40,222 nt of DNA from NCBI GenBank assembly GCA_944392415.1, contig CALXWN010000001.1, positions 1 through 40,222 of the forward strand. The letters are read 5' to 3'. Position numbers and translations under genes: made by a program. The first letter of the stretch is position 1. The number at the start of each line of letters is the position of its first letter. Positions 8,819 through 19,800 of the stretch are shown here, one piece after another. The notes beneath the pieces are model-generated. The model was not told the DNA's origin. It was given only the letters and a program-made list of their open reading frames with translations, and ran no database searches. This DNA comes from an uncultured Clostridia bacterium. Its GTDB lineage: Bacteria; Bacillota; Clostridia; TANB77; CAG-508.

Positions 8819-10399
8819 ATGCTAACAGTTAATAATGTATCAGTAAGATTTGGAAAAAGATCATTATATGAAGATGTCAACATTAAATTTAACAAAGGAT
8901 GCTGCTACGGTATTATAGGAGCAAATGGAACTGGAAAATCTACATTTTTAAAGGTACTTTCAGGTGAATTAGAACCAAGCAAAGGAGAGGTAAGCAAAGA
9001 CAAAACAGAAAGAATATCTGTGCTTAACCAGAACCACTTTGCTTTTGAAGAATATACAGTAATAGATACAGTTATAATGGGTAATAAAGAACTATACCAA
9101 ATAAAAACTGAAAAAGATGCAATTTATGCTAAACCTGACTTTAATGAAGAAGATGGCATGAAAGCAGCAAAGCTTGAAGAAAGATTTGCTGAGCTTGATG
9201 GTTGGAATGCTGAATCAGATGCACAGCAACTTTTAAATGATTTAGGAATATCACCTGAAAAACATTATAAAGTGATGAGTGAAATAGAAGCAAAAGAAAA
9301 AGTTAAAATTTTGCTTGCTCAAGCATTGTTTGGAAATCCAGACATATTACTTCTAGATGAGCCAACAAACGACTTAGACTTAAAAACAATCTCTTGGCTA
9401 GAAGAATTTTTAATTAATTTTGAAAATACTGTTATAGTAGTTTCACATGATAGATATTTCTTAAATAAAGTATGTACTCACATTTGTGATGTGGATTATG
9501 GGGAAATAAAGGTTTATCCTGGTAACTATGACTTCTGGTATGAATCAAGCCAATTAATTCAAAAGCAAATGAGAGAACAAAACAAGAAAAAAGAAGAGAA
9601 AATCAAGGAATTACAAGAATTTATTGCAAGATTTAGCGCAAATGCTTCAAAATCTAAGCAAGCTACTTCTAGAAAGAAGTCACTTGAAAAAATACAACTT
9701 GATGAAATCAAACCATCAAATAGAAAATATCCATATATAGATTTTAAACCAGACAGAGAACCGGGAAATGAAATACTTGAGGTTAAAAATTTAAGCAAAA
9801 CTATAAATGGAGAAAAAATATTAGATAATATTTCATTTAAAGTAAAAGACAAAGATAAAATAGCAGTTTTAGCAGAAAATGAAAATGCAATTACAGTATT
9901 ATTTCAAATTTTAGCAGGCGAGTTAGAGCCAGATGATGGAGAAATAAAATGGGGAACAACAATTACAAATAGTTATTTCCCAAAAGATAATAGCTATTTA
10001 TTCGAATCAAATGATTCGATAACTGATTGGCTAAGAAGGTATTCAAAAGACCCAGATGAAACATATGTAAGAAGCTTTTTAGGAAGAATGCTATTCTCTG
10101 GTGAAGAAGCATTAAAGCCAGTAAATGTGCTATCTGGTGGAGAGAAGGTAAGATGTGTACTTTCAAAAATAATGTTATCAGGAGCAAACTTTTTAATATT
10201 TGATGAACCAACAAACCATTTAGATATGGAAGCTATTACATCATTAAATGAAGGAATGAAAAAGTTTACAGGAAATATTATTTTTACATCACATGACCAT
10301 CAATTAACTGAAACAGTTGCTAATAGGATATTTGACATTAGAAAAGATGGATTTGTAGATAGAGAAATAACTTATAATGAATATTTAGGAATTGAATAA
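8819..10399 (+). CDS. ABC-F family ATPase, YbiT-like (no transmembrane domain)
   Basis: RBS AGGAGG. Two ABC cassettes joined by a K/E-rich linker. NBD1 has Walker A GANGTGKST and Walker B ILLLDEPTNDLD. NBD2 has signature LSGGEKVR and Walker B FLIFDEPTNHLD. By my recollection it is colinear with E. coli YbiT. Confidence 0.85.
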   Translation: MLTVNNVSVRFGKRSLYEDVNIKFNKGCCYGIIGANGTGKSTFLKVLSGELEPSKGEVSKDKTERISVLNQNHFAFEEYTVIDTVIMGNKELYQIKTEKDAIYAKPDFNEEDGMKAAKLEERFAELDGWNAESDAQQLLNDLGISPEKHYKVMSEIEAKEKVKILLAQALFGNPDILLLDEPTNDLDLKTISWLEEFLINFENTVIVVSHDRYFLNKVCTHICDVDYGEIKVYPGNYDFWYESSQLIQKQMREQNKKKEEKIKELQEFIARFSANASKSKQATSRKKSLEKIQLDEIKPSNRKYPYIDFKPDREPGNEILEVKNLSKTINGEKILDNISFKVKDKDKIAVLAENENAITVLFQILAGELEPDDGEIKWGTTITNSYFPKDNSYLFESNDSITDWLRRYSKDPDETYVRSFLGRMLFSGEEALKPVNVLSGGEKVRCVLSKIMLSGANFLIFDEPTNHLDMEAITSLNEGMKKFTGNIIFTSHDHQLTETVANRIFDIRKDGFVDREITYNEYLGIE

Positions 10400-10407
10400 A
10401 AACTTAG

Positions 10408-10441
10408 AGCTTGTTTTTGGGACACCTCCTAAAAACAAGCT
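10408..10441 (+). terminator. intrinsic terminator of the ABC-F gene
   Basis: AGCTTGTTTTT-gggacacctcct-AAAAACAAGCT, an 11-bp perfect stem with a 12-nt loop, followed by TATTT. Confidence 0.55.
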
Positions 10442-10478
10442 TATTTGAATTTTAAATAATTAAAAAAGCAAAAAAGGG

Positions 10479-10502
10479 GCTCCGCCGGAAGGCCGGCGGA
10501 GC
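10479..10502 (-). terminator. GC-rich intrinsic terminator of the 67-codon gene
   Basis: The minus strand reads GCTCCGCCGG-CCTT-CCGGCGGAGC followed by CCCTTTTTTGCTTTTTT. It begins 11 nt after the TGA stop. Confidence 0.8.
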
Positions 10503-10513
10503 GAGATGTAGCA

Positions 10514-10717
10514 TCAAGCTGTTGTTTCCGATGCGTCCATCACGAATTGCCACGAAGGATGTGCTCCTATAAAGTGGCCACCTTCGTCCTCTAGATAGAG
10601 GTATACTCCATTTGGAGAATCTCTGAAGGCAAAGGCGTGATACTTGTCACCAGGCTTAAACAGCCCATGAGGTAAACAAGCACCAACAAACATGGCAGTT
10701 GCATCAATTTTATGCAT
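10514..10717 (-). CDS. small soluble protein of unknown function (67 aa), compositionally foreign
   Basis: ATG 10717 with RBS GAGAGAGGTG 7 nt upstream, its own promoter and its own terminator. G+C counted at 86/180 over 10501-10680. I did not recognise a family. Confidence 0.6.
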   Translation of the reverse strand: MHKIDATAMFVGACLPHGLFKPGDKYHAFAFRDSPNGVYLYLEDEGGHFIGAHPSWQFVMDASETTA

Positions 10718-10754
10718 GAAAAAACACCTCTCTCTAATTTTATTGGTACTTATT

Positions 10755-10783
10755 ATTATACCATATTATGTTAAAAAATGCAA
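10755..10783 (-). promoter_or_regulatory. near-consensus promoter with extended -10 for the 67-codon gene
   Basis: The minus strand reads TTGCAT-tttttaacataatatgg(17 nt)-TATAAT, with TGg immediately before the -10. Confidence 0.5.
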
Positions 10784-10852
10784 ATTTAAATTAAAAAAGC
10801 TGCCTTTTGAAAAGTATTTTCCAAAAAACAGCCTTAAAAATAGCATCAAATT

Positions 10853-11905
10853 TTACTTATATTTCTTTTTAATTTCCTCAATCTCATCATAATGATTATC
10901 TATTATATCTAAGAAAACAGAGCCAATGTGAGGGTCAAACTGTGTTCCCAAGTTCTTCATAATTTCATCTCTTACCACTTCTTTAGGTAAGCTATCTCTG
11001 TAAACCCTTTTTGAAGACATAGCATCAAAAGAATCAGCAACAGCAGCAATTCTTGCCATATAAGGTATATTTTCACCAGATAGACCTTCTGGATAACCTC
11101 TACCATCAAACCTTTCATGATGATATTTTACAAAAGGAATAATATTTTTGAATACATCACAATCACCAAGTATTTGAACGCCAATCATAGGATGTTTTTT
11201 TATTTCTGCATATTCTTCATCAGTAAGCTTACCATTTTTCAATAATATAGTATCTGGGATACCAATTTTACCTACATCATGGAATAAACCACCAACTCTT
11301 AAATCTTCAAGTTCGCTATCGCTTAAACCTAGGTATTTTCCAATTAAAACTGAGTAAGCAGAAACTCTATCTGAGTGACCTCTTGTATAGGAGTCTTTAG
11401 CTTCAACAGTGGCTCTAATGGTTTGAATAATATCCATATAAGCTTTTTCTAGTTTTTGGTTAGCATCGGTAAGCTTTTCGTTTATATCACTTATAGTTTG
11501 TCTTTGCTCAATTGACTTTATACCAGATTCTATTAATAATAAAAGTTGGTCAAAATTATCACTTTTTTCACAATAACCTTGAATATCTAGCTGTTTAATA
11601 GTATCTAGTGGAGGTGCTAAATCTTTATGTCCTGTAAGTAACAATATGTATAAGTCTTTATCAAATTTTCTGATTTCTGCTACTACTTGGTCCCCATGAA
11701 GAGGGTCCATTATAAAGTCAAGCAATAATAAATCATATTTTGTCTTTTTCATTTCTTCTAAGGCATCAAGCGGATTAGTAAATGTTTTTAAATTATAACC
11801 ATTTCTTTTTAATACTACCGTTAATGAGTCTAATATTCCAGGGTCATCATCAACAGCAATTATTTTAAATGGTGAAGACACAGTCTCTTGAATATATTTT
11901 CTCAT
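10853..11905 (-). CDS. response regulator with REC + HD-GYP domain (putative c-di-GMP phosphodiesterase, RpfG-like)
   Basis: RBS AGGAGG. REC motifs IIAVDDDPG, DLLLLDFIMDP, LLTGH. HD-GYP motifs HDVGKIGIPD and HHERFDGRGYPEG. No DNA-binding domain. Confidence 0.85.
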   Translation of the reverse strand: MRKYIQETVSSPFKIIAVDDDPGILDSLTVVLKRNGYNLKTFTNPLDALEEMKKTKYDLLLLDFIMDPLHGDQVVAEIRKFDKDLYILLLTGHKDLAPPLDTIKQLDIQGYCEKSDNFDQLLLLIESGIKSIEQRQTISDINEKLTDANQKLEKAYMDIIQTIRATVEAKDSYTRGHSDRVSAYSVLIGKYLGLSDSELEDLRVGGLFHDVGKIGIPDTILLKNGKLTDEEYAEIKKHPMIGVQILGDCDVFKNIIPFVKYHHERFDGRGYPEGLSGENIPYMARIAAVADSFDAMSSKRVYRDSLPKEVVRDEIMKNLGTQFDPHIGSVFLDIIDNHYDEIEEIKKKYK

Positions 11906-11993
11906 ATATACCTCCTAATTTAATTTTTTGAATTAAATAAAACTTAAATTCTTCAATTTAGCGCAGTATAAAAAAGATTTTTATACTACTATT

Positions 11994-13805
11994 TTATTCT
12001 TTAGGTAAAAGAATATTAAACCTTGTGCCCTTACCAACTTCAGATTCAAAATTCATATCACCTTTAAAATGACCTTTTATTGTAGAGTAAGACATAAACA
12101 ATCCTAGTCCAGTACCTTTTTGACCTTTAGTTGTTATCATTTGACTGAACAACTTATCCTGCACTTCTTTAGAAATACCACATCCATGGTCAATAACTGA
12201 AATTAATAATTTATCATCTTTACTATCAACAACTAAATCAATAGATTGATTTGGCTTTCCATTATATGCTTGTATAGCATTAGATATTAGGTTATTTATT
12301 ACCTGTACTAAACTGTTTATATTACCTAATATTTGTGTGTTTTCACTAACTTTATAATCAATATTTAAAATAACCAAAGCATTTTTTAATTCATGTTTCA
12401 TTAATATATTTACCCTATTTAACAATTCTTTAACTGTGAATAAAATAGGTTTTTCATCATTCATATTAACAGCCTGACCTTTAACAGCTGTTATAACATC
12501 TGACATATATGAGTCATAAGTTCTTATTTTAGAAATCCAACTACTCATATCATTAGCAATTGCATGATGGTCTTCTTTGGTTACCTCAGGATCATCAATT
12601 GATTTTTTATATTCTGTAATTAAATCTTCCAAACCATCAGCAGCACCTGAAATTGACATTATAGGAGTTTTCAAGTTATGAGCTATACCACCAATCATTT
12701 GTCCAAGTGATGCCAAACGTTCTCTTTCCATTAAAGTATTTTGGTTTTTCTCTAAATTTTGCATATCTATTAAATGCTGTGTAATATCTTTAAATAATAT
12801 TAATATTCCTATGCAATTACCATCTTCATATATGCCACTTATTTCTACATTGTAATGCTTTTCTGTATCTTTAAGTGCTACTTGTAATTTATATACTTTT
12901 TCGTCTTTTTGGGCACTTGAAATACAGCTTTTTAAAGTACCTTTTTGTGCAATAATATTTTTGGGAAAATCTAAATCAAATAAACTTTTTCCTATTAAAC
13001 TATTTTTTATAACCTTAAATACCTTTTCAAATGGTTTGTTACAGTCAGATACAATACAATCTTGGTTTAATACTAAGTACAAATCTGACATTTGGTCTAC
13101 GACCTTTTTTAAAGCTATTGGTGCAACATTTAAAAAGTTATATCTAAGTATGGCAATTCCAAAAAACAATATCGTAACTATAAAAGATATAGGTGTTATA
13201 TAAATGTTAGAATCTATTACTGTCATACACAAAACATTTACTACAATTGGTATTAATGAGCCCAAAATAATTAGTAATGATTGCTTAGATAACATTGAAG
13301 ATTGTTTTACAGAAGCTCTAAGTAACATTATTATATCTACTGCAAATAGGGCATAAGTATATATAGAGTGTATATAAAAGTATGAACCAAAAGTTGTTTC
13401 AGCTGTATTTACAGAATAATGTTCATAAAACAAATGATGGAAATCATTTGTCCATAGTACAATCATTGTAATTGTAGGTATAACAAAAAGTAGCAAAAAC
13501 CACTTTTTAAAATGAATTTCCTTTTTTGTAAATACATATGATACAAAGAATAAAGCAACTGGGGTTAACACTATTGGTATATATATAAAGTAATCTACAT
13601 ATACTGCTAAATCAGGGGATATGTAATTGATAACTAAAATTTGTACCATTAGACCTATACACCATAGCATCATACATACCATAGTAAGTTCAAAAGCACG
13701 AACTAACTGGCTTCGCTTATTTCCTCTTTTTCTAATGTAATAAAATACAACTAATTCTAATACAACTGTTATTAATAATGCTATAAAGTAACCACTTAAT
13801 AACAT
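11994..13805 (-). CDS. sensor histidine kinase with multi-pass membrane N-terminus and PAS-like region
   Basis: RBS GGAGGAGG. About seven hydrophobic helices in the first ~220 aa. H-box GGIAHNLKTPIMSI. ATPase boxes NLISNAIQAY, DHGCGI, GTGLGLFMS. Confidence 0.85.
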   Translation of the reverse strand: MLLSGYFIALLITVVLELVVFYYIRKRGNKRSQLVRAFELTMVCMMLWCIGLMVQILVINYISPDLAVYVDYFIYIPIVLTPVALFFVSYVFTKKEIHFKKWFLLLFVIPTITMIVLWTNDFHHLFYEHYSVNTAETTFGSYFYIHSIYTYALFAVDIIMLLRASVKQSSMLSKQSLLIILGSLIPIVVNVLCMTVIDSNIYITPISFIVTILFFGIAILRYNFLNVAPIALKKVVDQMSDLYLVLNQDCIVSDCNKPFEKVFKVIKNSLIGKSLFDLDFPKNIIAQKGTLKSCISSAQKDEKVYKLQVALKDTEKHYNVEISGIYEDGNCIGILILFKDITQHLIDMQNLEKNQNTLMERERLASLGQMIGGIAHNLKTPIMSISGAADGLEDLITEYKKSIDDPEVTKEDHHAIANDMSSWISKIRTYDSYMSDVITAVKGQAVNMNDEKPILFTVKELLNRVNILMKHELKNALVILNIDYKVSENTQILGNINSLVQVINNLISNAIQAYNGKPNQSIDLVVDSKDDKLLISVIDHGCGISKEVQDKLFSQMITTKGQKGTGLGLFMSYSTIKGHFKGDMNFESEVGKGTRFNILLPKE

Positions 13806-13831
13806 ATAACCTCCTCCTTAGTTTTTCTATA

Positions 13832-13872
13832 GTTTCGAGCTTCTTATTCACTATCTGAATAAGAAGCGAAAC
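13832..13872 (-). other. long bulged hairpin in the NRPS-kinase intergenic gap (not a canonical terminator)
   Basis: Plus strand GTTTCGAGCTTCTTATTCA-ctatc-TGAATAAGAAGCGAAAC, 17 bp with a 2-nt bulge. On the coding (minus) strand it is followed by TATAGAAAAAC, not by a T-run. Confidence 0.5.
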
Positions 13873-13880
13873 TAAAATTT

Positions 13881-16800
13881 TTACAAGTTTTTTAATATTT
13901 TTTCAATATACTCTTTTGTAACAATTGGCCAACTAAAGTCAGCTTTATCCAAGAATTTTAATGTAAATTTATTAGTTATTTTTAAATTAGTTTTGTAAAT
14001 TAAATTCCTATCTTTATCTAAATCATTTAGTAAAACGCTTACTTTATCTGAATTGTTACTATTAAATAATAAATTGTTTAAATGTTCTTTAAACACTTCA
14101 TCTTTTACTATAGATATATCATATCCTAACTCATATAAATATTCAAGAAAAATATTTATATACAAATGATTAGAATTATATAAGTGAAGTACAGTCATTG
14201 GATAGGTGTAATATCTCATACAAGCTACAATAGATTCGGCAATTTTATCAACAGGACTAAATTCTACATAATTGCTAATCATAGATTCAGGTAATTCTTT
14301 CAAAAATAAGAATGCTTTTAATCTATTTAGAAATGCGTTATCGCTACTATTTTCTTGGAATTTACCATCTGTATATCTATTTGTAATATTACCAATTCTA
14401 AGAACAAGACCTCTTAACTTTTTATTTGCAATTTCTTCTAGCACGTATTTTTCAGCTTCAAATTTACTTCTTACATAAACATTGTCTAAAGGTTGATTAA
14501 TAAATAAATTATTTTCACCAAAATATATAGTCTTTTTTGGTGTATAACTACTAGGAAGTGATGTCATAGTATTTCCAGACACACTTATTGTAGAGGTTTG
14601 ATAAAATTCTTTATTAAACTCTTCACAGAATTTAACTAGATTTTTAACACCGATAACATTTATTTTTTCAAATTCTCCATAGTAGCCATAATGTTTAACA
14701 GAAGCGGCACAGTTTACAACTGTTTGAACTTCTTTTCCTAAAAAGCTATAAACATCACTTGAAGTTCCAAAATTGTCATTTGTTATATCACCAGCAATTA
14801 CAAATAATCTTTTACCAAATAGATTACTTAAATCACTTCCAAAATAATATTGGAATTTTCGTTTTAATTTGTTTTCAGGTGAAGTGCTAGGGTCTTTACG
14901 TATTAAACAATATATTTTTATATCATCTATTTTCAACAATTCTGCTAAAACGTGTATTCCTAAAAATCCAGTTGCACCAACAAGTAAAACATTTTTAAGT
15001 ATTTTTTGTTTAAGTTTCATACTTCTAAAGGTTGTGTTTTTCTTTAATAATTTGTCTATTTTTTTGAAATCCTTTTTAGCATATGTAATGACAGCAGTTT
15101 GCTTCATGTTATTTTCTATAAAATTAGCTAAACTATGAATGGTATTATTTTTAAACAAATCTCCATAATTAATATTGTAATTATGTTTCATTAATTCTAT
15201 TTGCAATTTTAAAGCACTTAAAGAATCTCCACCAATTTCAAAGAAATTATCGTCTATACTTATTTCTTCTAAAGATAATATTGTTCTCCATATATTTAAA
15301 ATTTTATTTTCCAATTCTGTTTTAGGAGCAACAATTTCCTTTGCTTCAAATACTGGCTCAGGTAAAGCTTTTCTGTCTATTTTTCCATTAGGTGTATACT
15401 TAAAGGTTTCCAATTGCACTAAATAACTTGGAACCATATAACTTGGAAGTTTTTTTGCTAAAGATTTTTTTAGAAGTGATAGTGAAACTCTTCCATCAGC
15501 AACAAAATATCCACACAAAATATCTCTACCTTGAACATTTTTTACTGTTACAACTGCAGATTTTACACCTTTATAACTGCATATATCTGTTTCTATTTCA
15601 CCGAGTTCTATTCTTAAACCGTGTATTTTTACTTGGAAATCAGCACGTCCTAAACATTCTAATTCTCCGTTAGGTAGGACCTTAGCTAAATCACCAGTAT
15701 TGTAAATTCTTTCGCCATTATACATTACATATTTTTCAGAAGTTAACTCTGGTCTATTTTTGTAACCTATAGTGACCCCATCACCACCTAGGTAAAGTGT
15801 ACCGGGTACATTATATGGTACAAAATTCATATCATTATCTAAAACTAATGCATGAGTGTTTGGAAGTGGTGTTCCAATAGTTATATTATTTGTATTTGTA
15901 AGCTCTTTTAATGTAGAACCAACTGTTGTTTCAGTAGGACCATACATATTATATATTCTTGTTTGAGAAACAGACTTTATATCTTTCAACAAATCTAAAG
16001 GGAATGGTTCACCAATTAGAGAAACGACCTTAAGGTTTGAAAGGTAAGGTAATTTGTCTGTCATTAACAACTTAAACTTAGAAGGTGTTGTTTGAATTAC
16101 ATCCACTTTGTTCTTTAAGCATAAATCGTTTAATAGAATTGGGTTGTTTTGGTCTTCGTTACTTGCCATAACCACCTTCATACCTGTACATAAAGGTAGT
16201 AAACTTTCAAAAACATATATATCAAAACACATAGTAGTAATAGAAACTATAGTTAAATTTTTTAAAGGCATATCGTGAAAAGTTCCACATATAAAGTTAA
16301 CTACATTTGATTGCTTAATCATAACACCTTTAGGCTTTCCAGTAGAACCTGAGGTATATATTAAATAAGCAATACTATCAGGAGTTTGATTTGTTTTAAA
16401 TTCCTTATAAGTTTTATAATTATTTTCATCATCTACTAAAACGGCTTTAACAGGAACTATATCTTTATATTTGTTTTCAGTTAAAATTACATTTACTCCG
16501 CTATCTTCAATGATATATTTAATTCTTTCCTCAGGATAGGTAGGGTCTATTGGTAAATATCCGCTACCTGATTTTAAAATGGCAAGTTGAGAAATGATAA
16601 GGCTATCACTTCTATCCATAAGCATACCTACAACTTCATTGTCTCCAAGGCTATGCAAATAATATGCAAGTTTATTTACTTTATCTTGTAATTCTTTATA
16701 AGTGTATTTTTTTTCTCCAAATACTAAAGCAGTTTTATTTGGTGTTTTCTTAACTTGTTTTTCAAATAAATCAATAATTCTGTCCTCTTTAGGATAGTTT

Positions 16801-19800
16801 AAAGTAGGGTAAATATTTGGAATACTTGATAACATTTGTATTTGAGATATTTGTATATCATTATTTGTAATAACAGATTTGATTATATTGTTATAGCAAT
16901 CTAGTAAATTCTCCATAAAACGCTTACTAAATAGTTTGGTACAATACTCAAGTCTAAGGCTAAAACCTTCATCATTTGGTGTAACTTCTAATGAAAAATC
17001 AAATTTAGAAGTTTTATTTTCTGGTATATAATATTCTACTGGAATTCCACCAAAATCAAATTTAGGTTTACCTTCACTTTCATAAGTGAAAAGTACATCA
17101 AAAACTGGACTACGACTTGTATCTCTTACAACATTAAGCTTTTTTACTAATTCATCAAAAGGATATGTTTGATGATTATATGCATTTAAACAATTATTCT
17201 TTACAAGTTCTAAGAAATCCGAAAACTTGTTAGTTGACTGAATATTTTGCTTAATTGCTAAAGTATTAACAAACATACCAATCACATCTTGAAGCTCATG
17301 ATTATTTCTTCCTATAACAGGGCTTCCAACAACTATGTCATTTTGCATAGTATATTTATATAGTAATATGTAAAAACAAGATAGTAAAAACATATATGGA
17401 GTTACATTATACTTTTTACATACACTTGATATGTCTGATAAATTATTTAATGATAAATATACATTATTTCCTTCATATGACTTTGTAGCTGTCCTTTCAT
17501 ATTCAGTAGGCATATTAAGAATAGGAATTTCATCTTTAAATTGGTTTACCCAGTAATCTTCATCTTCTTTAATTATCTTTTCAGAAACAGCAAAGTCTAT
17601 ATAGTCAATTTTAGAAGGTTTTATTTCTCTATCATTATATAAATCGCATAATTCCTTCATAAAAATGGCAATTGATGAGCCATCACAAATTATATGATGA
17701 ATATCAAATTGTAATAAATATTGATGGTCAAAATGGTTTAACTCAATATGTATTAATGGAGCCTTGCCCAAATTAAATGGTTTAACAAATTCATCATTTT
17801 TATAGTTACAAGTTTTTAAACTAAAATCTACTTTTGACACAAGTTTTTGTACTACATCATTATTTTCTAAAACAAAATATGTTTTAAAAGCATCATGAGA
17901 ATTCAAAACCTTTTTAATAGACTCTTCTAATTTTTTTATATCAGGTTTCTTCTTAAAAATAATGCCAAAAGGTGTGTTGTAAGCTAAGCTATTAGAATCC
18001 ATATTAACTGTATAAAAAATTCTTCTCTGAGCAGATGAAACTGGATAAGAGCTTGCTTCTTTATGCTTTTTAATAATATTTGCTTTTTTTTCATCACTTG
18101 AAGTACTTAAAGTTTCAACATATTTAGCTAAATCCGAAATACAAGGATAAGTATAAATATCTTGTATTGAAACTTTCAAATTCATTTTGCTATATATTTC
18201 AGACACAAACCTAATAATAGCAAGAGAGTCAGCTCCCATATCAAAGAAATTAGCTTTAGCGCTTATTTTTTCTTTATCAAAAATATCTTTACAGATTTTT
18301 TCTAATTTTTTTTCTGTATCAGTTTCGCAAGATACAAATTCCTCTTCTTTAACAATAATTTCAGGTAATTTTTTTGTGTCAATTTTACCATTTAAAGTAA
18401 TAGGGAAGGTATCTAATTGCATAATATGAGAAGGTACCATGTATTTTGGCAAACTCTTTGAAAGTTCAGCTTTTAATAATGATTCATCTATGCTTTCTTT
18501 AGATTGTATGTATGAACAAATAGCGTCCATACCGCCCACTTTTTTTATAATAGTAATAGCATTCGTAAAACCATTGATTTGCATTATTTTGCTTGTAATT
18601 TCGTCAAGCTCAATACGCAATCCATGTAGTTTAATTTGATTATCTCTTCTGCCAAAATAAATTAACTCTCCATTTTCAGATATCATACCCAAATCACCAG
18701 TATGATAAATGCCATTAAAGTCAAACTTGTTTACATAGCCTTTTCCAACACCATCACCTTGAATAACAATTTCACCTTGAGTTTTTATAGGTAAAATATT
18801 ATCATTATTATTCATTATATAAATTTTAGTATTTAAGAATGGTCTACCTATACAAATATTATCGCTATTTTCTACAAGTTTATTAGAAGCACAAGCTGTA
18901 CATTCAGAAGGTCCATAACCATTATAAATTCTTGCAGAAGTAGCCTTTTTTAACTTTTTATATAGTGATTCTTTAAAAACTTCACCACCTAATTGAATAA
19001 CCTTTACATTTTTCAAGCAAGAAGCTTCTTCCAATAAAAGTGTTATTTTAGAAGGTGTACTTAATATAAAATCTACATTGTAATCAGTAACTAATTTACT
19101 AGTAAATACAGGTATTTTTTGCTCTTCTTCATCAGCCAAAATAACAGTTTTCCCATCAAGAATAGAAACAAAATTTTCAACTATAAACATATCAAATGCA
19201 ACTGTACTTGTACTTAAAAACACATTACATTCTCCTGTGTGTAATATTTGTTTGTAGCTATTTACCATATTAATAACGCCAATTCTCTTAAGCTCAACTC
19301 CTTTAGGAGTACCTGTAGAACCAGATGTGTAAATTATGCAAAATCTGTCTTCATTTGAAGAATCTACTTTAGGTAGAGAAATATTAAAATTTGATGTGCT
19401 TGTATTAGAAGCTCTTTTATTAGATGAACTATCATTAGACTCTGCGACTACATCATTAGATAGCACTTCATCAATATTTATGCAATCATAATTCAAATAT
19501 AAATTAGTCAAAACAAATTTTGAATTAGCATTTGTTAGCATATAATTGATTCTATCTTCAGGAAGGCTAGGGTCAATAAGCATATAACTAGCGCCAGTTT
19601 TTAGTACTCCCCAAATAGAAATAGGTATATTTAAAGAACGGTTAAGCATTATTCCAATAACATCATTTTTAGTTACACCTTTATCAATTAGATAATTAGC
19701 AATTACATTAGATTTTTCATCTAATTCCTTATATGTAAGTTTAGTATCTTTAAAAATTACTGCTGGCTTATTTTCATTATTTTTAACAGCTTTTTCAAAA

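Noticed and set aside
8796-8825. Nine-codon uORF (MKKSKEEIC) overlapping the ABC-F start, considered as a resistance-type leader peptide/attenuator.
   Set aside because: It has no RBS of its own, the leader is only ~30 nt, and there are no alternative hairpins. Its sequence is simply the SD region of the main gene.
10419-10438. Anti-Shine-Dalgarno-like ACACCTCC(T/C)AAAA(A)CAA in the ABC-F terminator loop, and again (reverse complement) at 35476-35496.
   Set aside because: There are only two copies, both inside terminator hairpins. The similarity is short and could be chance, and I can propose no test-worthy mechanism from sequence alone.
10479-10520. SRP (4.5S) RNA-like motifs: CCGGAAGG and GATGTAGC resemble strings I recall from E. 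coli 4.5S RNA.
   Set aside because: The helix is a perfect 10-bp stem with a 4-nt loop and lacks the conserved internal loops of SRP domain IV. It sits 11 nt after a stop codon and is followed by a T-run on the coding strand, so it is a terminator.
10514-10717. MbtH-like protein, suggested by its small size and its position near an NRPS.
   Set aside because: It lacks the MbtH signature as I remember it (N.F......F.VL.N.E.Q.SLWP...PAGW). The only resemblance is length.
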